Source: an uncultured Actinomycetes bacterium (GTDB lineage Bacteria; Actinomycetota; Acidimicrobiia; IMCC26256; BP-133). Taken from it: 24,000 nt of DNA. The stretch lies in assembly GCA_963789165.1 (NCBI GenBank), contig CAWBJP010000001.1:272096-296095 (forward strand), given 5' to 3'. Positions 11,143 to 17,269 of this stretch are shown one piece after another (position 1 is the first letter of the stretch; each line of letters begins with the position of its first letter). The notes beneath the pieces are model-generated. The model saw nothing but the letters and a program-made list of their open reading frames with translations. It had not been told where the DNA came from and made no database searches. The translations under genes were made by a program, and so were the position numbers.

Positions 11143-11295
11143 CTAGCCCGATCCGCCCTTGCCGCCCTGGCCCGTGGGGTCGGCGTCGTCGGCGGCGGCG
11201 CCCCCCTTGATGTTCTCGGCGTCGGACGGCTCCGGCTCGAGGTCCTCGAGCTCGTCGACGTCGTCGGTCGGCCCGGCGGCGCGGATGTCGTTCAT
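11143..11295 (-). CDS. 50-aa precursor micro-peptide with an acidic double-glycine-type leader: MNDIRAAGPTDDVDELEDLEPEPSDAENIKGG | AAADDADPTGQGGKGGSG
   Basis: ATG at 11295 is preceded by GCGAGGGG with a 5-nt spacer. In the C-terminal 18 codons, 17 of 18 third positions are G/C, which fixes the frame across the G6 run. ...SDAENIKGG resembles the LSxxELxxIxGG leader end cleaved by C39 peptidases. It is the first gene of the operon that ends with a catalytically intact C39-ABC exporter. Confidence 0.65.
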   Translation of the reverse strand: MNDIRAAGPTDDVDELEDLEPEPSDAENIKGGAAADDADPTGQGGKGGSG

Positions 11296-11400
11296 GTCGG
11301 CCCCTCGCTCTCTCCTATGCACCCCGCCGGCAGCGCCGTTGGGGATGCCCGCATGGTATGGCCAGGATGCGACAGCGTCGATGCTCCCTTGAGCGCTGCA

Positions 11401-11424
11401 TGTGTCACGGTGCCGACACACCGT
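11401..11424. promoter_or_regulatory. Overlapping palindromes TGTGTC-ACGGTGCC-GACACA (11401-11420) and CACGGTG-N5-CACCGTG (11406-11424); candidate operator
   Basis: The site lies 106 nt upstream of the peptide ATG (minus strand) and 41 nt upstream of the ATG at 11461 that I reconstruct as the native cyclase start (plus strand). It shares the TGTGTS-N8-GACACA architecture with 3774-3793. Confidence 0.4.
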
Positions 11425-11483
11425 GGCCGGGCCGGCCGCACGGGCTACCGTCACCAGACGATGACCTTCAATCGAGCCGCAAG

Positions 11484-11503
11484 CCCACGGGTTCAGCCGT
11501 GGG
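11484..11503 (+). other. IS200/IS605 left-end subterminal hairpin
   Basis: The hairpin is CCCACGG-GTTCAG-CCGTGGG, extended by outer arms CGAGCC (11473-11478) / GGCTCG (11508-11513) around an internal loop. Confidence 0.65.
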
Positions 11504-11566
11504 TCAAGGCTCGGTCGGGGCTAGGCCCCGGAGGTAGTTGTCGTACCCGCGGTCCAGAATGGGCCT

Positions 11567-11956
11567 GTGGAGTATCGGTCGATGAACAAGACGGTGTACT
11601 CGACGAAGTACCACCTGATCTGGTGCCCGAAGTACCGCCGCCGCGTACTGGCCGGCAGGGTCGAGGAGCGCCTGAAGGAGATCCTCGCCGAGGTTGCCGG
11701 TGAGGTCGGGGCGGAGATCATCGAGGTGGAAGTGATGCCCGACCATGTGCACCTGCTCGTTGAGGTGCCCCCGGCGGTGGCGCGGTCCCGGTTCGTGCAG
11801 TTGGAGGGACGGTCGGCCCGGCTGCTGCGCCAGGAGTTCCCCCCGCTGCGCCGCCTGGGGTGTTTGTGGAGCCCGTCGTGGTTCGTCTCCACCGTCGGTG
11901 GAGCGCCGCTCGAGGTGGTCCGCCGCTACGTCGAGAACCAGAAGCGGGTGGCGTAG
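11567..11956 (+). CDS. tnpA: IS200/IS605-family Y1 (HUH) transposase TnpA
   Basis: YSTKYHLIWCPKYRRRVL, HUH motif MPDHVHLLV, and the catalytic Tyr context RRYVENQ. Length is about 125-129 aa. The real start may be the ATG at 11582 (MNKTVY...). Confidence 0.9.
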   Translation: MEYRSMNKTVYSTKYHLIWCPKYRRRVLAGRVEERLKEILAEVAGEVGAEIIEVEVMPDHVHLLVEVPPAVARSRFVQLEGRSARLLRQEFPPLRRLGCLWSPSWFVSTVGGAPLEVVRRYVENQKRVA

Positions 11957-11959
11957 CTC

Positions 11960-13144
11960 GTGGCCTTCCGTTACCGCCTTTACCCCACCCCGGCCCAGGC
12001 GGGGGGTTGCGAGCGGCACTGCGGCGACGCCCGCTACGTATGGAACCTGGCCCTGGAGCAGGCGAACTACTACCGGCCCGGGCATCCCACGCCCGGGAGC
12101 ACCGAACGGTTCCGCCAGCTCGCCGAGGCCCGGAAGGGCTCCTGGCTCGGCGAGGGGTCGTCGTCGGTGCAACAGCAGGCCCTGCGCGACTTCGACCAGG
12201 CGCTGCGGAACTGGTGGGCCGGCACGCATCGCCGGCCCAGGTGGCGCAAACAGGGAATCGACGAGGGATTCTGCCTCCGCGACGTCAAGGTGCAGAAGAT
12301 CTCAGGCAAGTGGGCCGAGGTCTACGTACCCAAGGTCGGCCCGGTGCGCTTTCGACTCACCCGCCCCCTCGGCGCGCACGGCATGGCTCGGGTCACCAGG
12401 GACCGGGCCCGGCGCTGGCACATCTCGTTCTCCGCCCCTCAGCCGCCCCTCGAACGCCCCGGCACTGGTTTGGCGGTCGGCGTCGATGTCGGCGTGGCCC
12501 ACACCGTCACCACCAGCGCCGGGAAGCATCTCGACATCCCCGGCCTCCGACCCGGCGAGCAGGCCCGCCTGCTCCGCCTGGAACGCAAGAAGGCCCGGCA
12601 GCGCAAGGGCAGCAACCGGCGTGCGAGAACCAAGCACGCCATCGCCGCCCTCCACGCCCGGGCCGCCGACCGCCGCAAGGACTGGGCCGAGAAGACCTCC
12701 ACCGGCCTCGTCGCCGACTTCGACCTGGTCGTCTTCGAGGCGCTCAGGGTCAAAGACATGCTCCGCTCCGCCCACGGCACCGCCGAGAACCCGGGCCGCA
12801 ACGTCGCCGCCAAAGCCGGGCTCAACCGGAAGATCGCCGCATCGGCCTGGGGGTTCCTCATCCGGCGCACCCAGGAGAAAGCCGCCACGACCGACGACTG
12901 CCAGGTGGTGCTCGTCGACCCTCGGCACACGTCGCAGCGCTGTTCGGCCTGCGACCACGTGGCCCCGGGCAACCGGCCGACCCAGGCAACCTTCCGGTGC
13001 GTGGCCTGCGGCCACGCCGAACACGCCGACATCAACGCGGCCAAGAACATCCTGGCGGCAGGGCTTGCCGCCACTGCGCGTGGAGGGAGGCCCGAAATCG
13101 GGGCGCCCAGCGAAGCGCGAACCACCGGACGGGAGGCGGCATGA
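11960..13144 (+). CDS. tnpB: TnpB (OrfB_IS605 RuvC-like, RNA-guided nuclease family) with a zinc ribbon
   Basis: GTG start. The N-terminus FRYRLYPTPAQ is typical of TnpB. RuvC triad candidates are present: GVDVGV (D), VVFEAL (E), HADINAAKNI (D). The zinc ribbon reads CSACDH...FRCVACGH. There are no frame disruptions. Confidence 0.9.
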   Translation: MAFRYRLYPTPAQAGGCERHCGDARYVWNLALEQANYYRPGHPTPGSTERFRQLAEARKGSWLGEGSSSVQQQALRDFDQALRNWWAGTHRRPRWRKQGIDEGFCLRDVKVQKISGKWAEVYVPKVGPVRFRLTRPLGAHGMARVTRDRARRWHISFSAPQPPLERPGTGLAVGVDVGVAHTVTTSAGKHLDIPGLRPGEQARLLRLERKKARQRKGSNRRARTKHAIAALHARAADRRKDWAEKTSTGLVADFDLVVFEALRVKDMLRSAHGTAENPGRNVAAKAGLNRKIAASAWGFLIRRTQEKAATTDDCQVVLVDPRHTSQRCSACDHVAPGNRPTQATFRCVACGHAEHADINAAKNILAAGLAATARGGRPEIGAPSEARTTGREAA

Positions 13145-16100
13145 ACACGCCCCCCAAAGGAATCCCACGGCTCCAGCCGAGGGAGGAGGTCAAGGAGTCC
13201 GGACTCCATGCCCGGGAAGGGGAGCTCCCCACGGGAGCGGTCACGTTCCTCTTCACCGACATCGAAGGTTCGACCCGCATGGCCGAGCATCTCGGGTCCA
13301 GCTTCGGCGAGCTGCTGGACGCCCACCACCGGTTGCTGGGCGAGGCGGTCGTCTCCCACCGGGGCGTGGTCGTCAACACGCAGGGTGACGCCTTCTTCGC
13401 CGTGTTCCTCGCCGCCGCCGACGCCCTCGCCGCGGCCGTGGCCGCCCAGCGGGCCCTGGCCGCCGAAGCGTGGACGGGCGGCGTGGAGCTGCGGGTGCGC
13501 ATGGGCATGCACAGCGGCGAGGCGGTCCTCGGCGGCGCCGACTACGTGGGCCTGGCCGTCCACCGGGCCGCCCGGGTGGCCGGCCTGGCCTACGGCGGTC
13601 AGGTCCTGGTGTCGGAGGCGACCCGGCGCCGGGCCGATCCGGAGCTGCCCGTCGACGTCAGCTTCACCGATCTCGGTCTGCACCGGCTCAAGGACCTGAC
13701 CGAGCCCGAACGGATCCATCAGCTCGTCCATCCCGACCTGTCCCGCGACTTCCCCGCGCTCCGATCCCTCGACGCCTTCCGCCACAACCTTCCCGTCGCC
13801 GCCACCAGCTTCGTGGGCCGGGAGTCGGAGGTGGCCGCCCTGGCCAAGCACCTGGCCGACGCCCGCTTGGTCACGCTGCTCGGACCGGGCGGTTCGGGCA
13901 AGACCCGCCTCGCTCTCCAAGTGGCGGCGGAACGGGTGGACCAGCACACCGACGGGGTGTGGCTGGCGGAGCTGGCGCCCTGGGGCGATCCGGCGCTCGT
14001 GCCCGCCGCCGTGGCCGCCGTGCTCGCGGCCCGGGAGGAGCCGGGCAAGAGCCTGGTGGAAACTCTGGAGAGCTGGGTGGCGGACCGGGACGTGCTCCTC
14101 GTGCTGGACAACTGCGAGCACGTGGTGGCCGCCGCCGCCGACCTGGCCGGCCGCCTCCTGCGGGCCGGACCGGGAGTGCGGGTACTGGCCACCAGCCGGG
14201 AGGCGCTCGGCCTGGCCGCCGAGCAGGTGGTGACTGTGCCCCCGCTGCGCCTGCCCGATCCGGCGGCGGGGACGTCACCTTCGCTCGAGGCCCTCCTCGA
14301 CTCCGAGGCCGTCCGGCTCTTCGTGGAACGGGCCCGTTCGGCCCGGCCGGACCTGGAGCTGGGCCCCGAACACGCCGCCGCCGTCATCCGCATCTGCACC
14401 CGGCTCGACGGGATCCCCCTGGCCCTGGAGCTGGCCGCCCGCCGGGTCCGGGCGCTGTCCCTCTCCGAACTGGCCGACCGTCTCGACCAGCGTCTCCGCT
14501 TCCTGACCGGCGGGGGCCGGGAGACCGAGGCCCGCCACCAGACCCTGCGCGCCGCCATCGACTGGAGCCACGACCTGCTGGAGGGCGACGAACGCACCCT
14601 CTTCCGGCGCCTGGGGGTGTTCGCCGGCGGCTTCGACCTGGCCGCGGCCGAGACGGTGTGCGCCGGGCCCTACGACACCCTCGACCTGATCGCGGCGCTG
14701 GTCGACAAGTCGCTCGTGGTGGCGTCGGAGGCGGGCGGAGCGACCCGTTACCGGATGCTGGAGACCATCCGGGAGTACGCCCTGGAACGCCTGTCCGAGG
14801 CCCGGGAGGACGACGCCACCCGCCACGCCCACCTGGCCTGGGCGCTGCACGTGGTGGAGCGCGGCGCACCACCCCGCTCCCGGGGCCTGCCCCGGGAATG
14901 GGTGGATCACCTCGATGTGGCGCACGACAACCTGCGGGTGGCCCTCGACCATGCCCAGGAGCACGACCCGGAGGCGGGCCTGCGGCTGGCCGCCGCCCTA
15001 CGGCCCTTCTGGTGGGTGCGGGGCCACTGGCACGAAGGTCGGGTCCGGCTGGAGGCGGCCCTGGCCCGGACCCCGGGCGCGGCCCCCGCCCTCCGGGCCA
15101 AAGGCCTGGTGGGGGCGGCCGACCTGGCCGAGTGGCAGGGAGACCTGGGCCCGGCCACGGCCCTGGCCGAGGAGGCCCGCCAGATCTTCCGCCGGGCGGG
15201 CGACCGGCCCGGCGAAGCGGAGTGCTGCTGGAAGCTGGGCAACGTGGCCTTGATGCGGGGGCGGACGGCCGACGCCCGGGGCCTGCTGGAGGAGGGCGTG
15301 GCCATCTCCCGGGACCTCCCGGCTCGGGAGCATCTGGCGGAGTTGCTCAACGCTCTCGGTTGCCTGTTCCTGGACGAGGGCGACTTCGGCGCCGCCCGCC
15401 ACTGCTGGGAGGAGACCCTGGCCACCGACCCGGCCCTCTCCGACGCCTTCGTCGGCGGCCCCGGCTCCCACGCCCGGTTCAATTTGGCCATGGTCCTCTG
15501 CTTCGAGGGGGCCTACCCCGCGGCCCGGGAACTGGCCCAGGAGAGCCTGGAGCGGGGCCGGGTGCTGGGCGACGCCAGCCTGGCCGCCGGAGCCCGGGGC
15601 CTGCTGGGGGAGATCGCTCTCTACGAAGGCGACTTCGCCGCCAGCCGGTCGCTCCTGGAGGAGAGCCTGGCGCTCCAGCGGCAGCTGGGCGAGGCGACGA
15701 TGGTGGCGGGCACCACGCTGCGCCTCGGCCGCCTGGCGCTGGCCCGCGGCGACCTGGCGGGGGCGCGGACGCTCCTGGAGGACGGGCTGCGCCAGCAGCG
15801 GGAGCTGGACGGCAAGTGGGGTACCGCCTCCGCTCTGCGGGGCCTGGGCGTCGTCGCCCGCCAGGAGCAGCGCTACGGGGAGGCCCGGTCGGCCCTGGAA
15901 GAGAGCCTGGCCCTCTTCCGCGAGATGGGCAGCCGCGACGACGTGATGACCAACCTGGGTGAGCTCGGGGAGCTGGCCCTGGCCGAAGGCGACCTGACCT
16001 CGGCCCGGGCCCTGCTGGAGGACAGCCTGGATCAGAGCCGGGCCCTGGGCGTGCAGCGGGAGACGGCGTGCCGGCTGGAGGCCCTGGGTCGCCTGGCCCT

Positions 16101-16431
16101 GGCCGAGGGTGACCTCGACGGCGCGGCGCGACGGGCTGGCCGACGCCCTGGCCCGGGCCGTCGAGCTCGGAGCCCGGCCCGTCGCCGCGGACGCGGCCGA
16201 AGCCCTGGCCGCGGCGGTCGCCGCCGGCGACGACCTCCAGCGGGCCGCCCGCCTGCTCGGGTCCGCCTCCGGCCTGCGCGAATCCATGGGCGCCGCCACT
16301 CCTGCCGTCGGTACGCGTCGGGCACGACACCACCTGGGCCGCGGTGCAGAAGGGCGCTCGGCCCCGAGGAAGCGGGGCGGGCCGTGGCCGACGGGAGAGG
16401 CTTGGCCCTGGAGGAGCTCGCCGCGCCATGA
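13141..16431 (+). CDS. Class III adenylate/guanylate cyclase domain + STAND P-loop NTPase (NB-ARC-like) + TPR repeats; C-terminal 300 nt needs three +1 frame corrections
   Basis: The cyclase domain has LPTGAVTFLFTDIEGST...NTQGDAFFAVF...GLAVHRAARV...LGLHRLKDL. The P-loop is LLGPGGSGKTRLA and Walker B is VLLVLDNCEH. It also has RLDGIPLALELAA and a long TPR-like array (G(D/E)xxxAxxLLEESLAL...). The ATG at 13141 overlaps the tnpB stop (ATGA). The ORF-track version starting at 11860 is an out-of-frame run-through of tnpB. The tail is read best as frame 1 to about 16125, frame 2 to about 16292, frame 3 to about 16352, then frame 1 to the stop at 16431. Confidence 0.85.
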   Translation: MNTPPKGIPRLQPREEVKESGLHAREGELPTGAVTFLFTDIEGSTRMAEHLGSSFGELLDAHHRLLGEAVVSHRGVVVNTQGDAFFAVFLAAADALAAAVAAQRALAAEAWTGGVELRVRMGMHSGEAVLGGADYVGLAVHRAARVAGLAYGGQVLVSEATRRRADPELPVDVSFTDLGLHRLKDLTEPERIHQLVHPDLSRDFPALRSLDAFRHNLPVAATSFVGRESEVAALAKHLADARLVTLLGPGGSGKTRLALQVAAERVDQHTDGVWLAELAPWGDPALVPAAVAAVLAAREEPGKSLVETLESWVADRDVLLVLDNCEHVVAAAADLAGRLLRAGPGVRVLATSREALGLAAEQVVTVPPLRLPDPAAGTSPSLEALLDSEAVRLFVERARSARPDLELGPEHAAAVIRICTRLDGIPLALELAARRVRALSLSELADRLDQRLRFLTGGGRETEARHQTLRAAIDWSHDLLEGDERTLFRRLGVFAGGFDLAAAETVCAGPYDTLDLIAALVDKSLVVASEAGGATRYRMLETIREYALERLSEAREDDATRHAHLAWALHVVERGAPPRSRGLPREWVDHLDVAHDNLRVALDHAQEHDPEAGLRLAAALRPFWWVRGHWHEGRVRLEAALARTPGAAPALRAKGLVGAADLAEWQGDLGPATALAEEARQIFRRAGDRPGEAECCWKLGNVALMRGRTADARGLLEEGVAISRDLPAREHLAELLNALGCLFLDEGDFGAARHCWEETLATDPALSDAFVGGPGSHARFNLAMVLCFEGAYPAARELAQESLERGRVLGDASLAAGARGLLGEIALYEGDFAASRSLLEESLALQRQLGEATMVAGTTLRLGRLALARGDLAGARTLLEDGLRQQRELDGKWGTASALRGLGVVARQEQRYGEARSALEESLALFREMGSRDDVMTNLGELGELALAEGDLTSARALLEDSLDQSRALGVQRETACRLEALGRLALAEGDLDGAARRAGRRPGPGRRARSPARRRGRGRSPGRGGRRRRRPPAGRPPARVRLRPARIHGRRHSCRRYASGTTPPGPRCRRALGPEEAGRAVADGRGLALEELAAP
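13164..13183 (+). other. IS200/IS605 right-end subterminal hairpin
   Basis: The hairpin CCCACGG-CTCCAG-CCGAGGG has one mismatch and is closely related to the LE hairpin sequence. It lies within the first 15 codons of the cyclase ORF as now assembled. Confidence 0.6.
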
Positions 16432-16433
16432 CA

Positions 16434-16461
16434 AAGGCCCAGGTCGTCGGACCTGGGCCTT
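16434..16461. terminator. Perfect 12-bp hairpin between the convergent cyclase gene and tRNA-Gln; candidate bidirectional terminator
   Basis: AAGGCCCAGGTC-GTCG-GACCTGGGCCTT starts 3 nt after the cyclase stop and ends 17 nt from the tRNA-Gln 3' end. Confidence 0.65.
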
Positions 16462-16477
16462 CACCATCCTGATGGAG

Positions 16478-16549
16478 CTCGGGGGCAGGGATTCGAACCC
16501 CGAATGGCAGGGCCAGAACCTGCTGTGATGCCGATTTCACCACCCCCGA
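16478..16549 (-). tRNA. tRNA-Gln (anticodon CUG)
   Basis: The reverse complement folds as TCGGGGG TG GTGA AATCGGCA TCAC A GCAGG TTCTGGC CCTGC CATT CGGGG TTCGAAT CCCTG CCCCCGA G (72 nt). It has the U1:A72 pair typical of bacterial tRNA-Gln and anticodon loop TT-CTG-GC. Confidence 0.9.
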
Positions 16550-16563
16550 ACGCGGCCCGCAGG

Positions 16564-17253
16564 TTAGCGCGTCAGTGGGCCAGGAAAGCCCCCCCGACCT
16601 CCCGGCCGACCTCGCCGGCCCGGACCATCCGGCGGAATCCGATGATCCGGCCGACGCCCGACCTGGGCCGTCTCGGTGAGCAGGTGGCGGAACTCGTCGG
16701 CGCCCTGGATGGGACTCGTCCGCGTCGGCGAGGTGGCCGCCTCGAGGCCCAGTTCCTCGGCCATGCCGTTGATCCGGGCGGCGTGGAACGGGTCGGAGAC
16801 GAGCACCACGTCGTGGATCCCCTGAGCCTTGAGGAACCGGGCCGATGCAGCCAGGGACTGCCATGAGTTGCGTCCCTGGACCTCGCGGAGGATGACGTCG
16901 TCCGGCACGCCCTTGCCGTGCAGGTAGCTGGCGCTGGCCCCCGACTCGGTGAACCGGTCGCCCTCGGCCCGGCCTCCGGTGACAACGATCACCGGGGCCA
17001 GACCCTGGTGGTAGAGATCGGCGGCGTGGTCGAGGCGGGCGGCCAGCACCCGGGACGGGCGGCCGTTGTACTGGGCCGCGCCCAGCACCACGATGGCCTC
17101 CGCCTTGCGGGCTTCGTCGTGACGCCCCGCCCACCACACCTGGACGAAGGTGACGGCGAAGTAGCCGGTCACGATCACCAGGCCGGTGGCGATGGTTCGC
17201 CGGACGAGGCGCGGTCTCATCCGCCCCATCGAAGCACGCCCGTCGGGGTCCAC
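16564..17253 (-). CDS. DUF218 / YdcF-ElyC-SanA-family protein with an N-terminal membrane anchor; probable frameshift near 16650-16660
   Basis: The sequence includes IVVLGAAQYNGRPSRVLAARLDHAADLY, VIVVTGG, VVLVSDPFHAARI and an N-terminal TM segment (IATGLVIVTGYFAVTFVQVWW). The last 35 aa in this frame are R/G/P-rich. The alternative frame ending at 16572 reads ...GRIIGFRRMVRAGEVGREVGGAFLAH*, which looks like the conserved family C-terminus. Confidence 0.75.
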   Translation of the reverse strand: MDPDGRASMGRMRPRLVRRTIATGLVIVTGYFAVTFVQVWWAGRHDEARKAEAIVVLGAAQYNGRPSRVLAARLDHAADLYHQGLAPVIVVTGGRAEGDRFTESGASASYLHGKGVPDDVILREVQGRNSWQSLAASARFLKAQGIHDVVLVSDPFHAARINGMAEELGLEAATSPTRTSPIQGADEFRHLLTETAQVGRRPDHRIPPDGPGRRGRPGGRGGFPGPLTR

Positions 17254-17269
17254 GGGGGGACCCCGACGG

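Larger units (their letters stand above)
11472..13193 (+). mobile_element. IS200/IS605-family element (tnpA + tnpB); boundaries approximate
   Basis: Related subterminal hairpins occur at both ends, each followed by TCAAGG. The left flank ends TTCAA (11467-11471) and the element ends ...GGTCAA (13188-13193), 10 nt 3' of the RE hairpin. This matches IS608-type geometry, where the target tetranucleotide and the RE terminus are similar. There are no terminal inverted repeats and no TSD, as expected for this family. Confidence 0.8.

Noticed and set aside
11125-11145. TAG read-through fusing the micro-peptide to the 324-aa protein.
   Set aside because: An in-frame arrangement has a 1-in-3 chance expectation, and I see no read-through context or recoding signal. 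It is kept only as a note inside a finding.
11401-11420. Possible CRP/cAMP-receptor-protein binding site, given the cNMP theme.
   Set aside because: The arms are TGTGTC/GACACA with an 8-nt spacer, not TGTGA-N6-TCACA. I report it only as an unassigned palindromic operator candidate.
10924-11703. 259-aa plus-strand ORF crossing the peptide gene and the IS left end.
   Set aside because: It is antisense to the peptide and parvulin-like genes and runs through the IS left-end hairpin into tnpA out of frame. Only its ATG at 11461 is of interest, as the reconstructed native cyclase start.
11860-13140. The 5' 1.3 kb of the 1523-aa ORF (11860-16431) suggests a giant fusion protein.
   Set aside because: This part overlaps tnpB out of frame and translates to R/P/G-rich low-complexity sequence with no recognisable domain. 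tnpB in its own frame is a clean full-length homologue. The cyclase homology begins only after 13141.
12439-17137. Several long ORFs overlap tnpB, the cyclase and DUF218: 12439-14121 (-), 14998-16467 (-), 15479-17137 (-), 13470-15962 (+) and 13719-14597 (-).
   Set aside because: All are alternative-frame or antisense shadows. They are extremely R/P/G/A-rich, have no motifs, and the genuine frames have high GC3 and clear homology.
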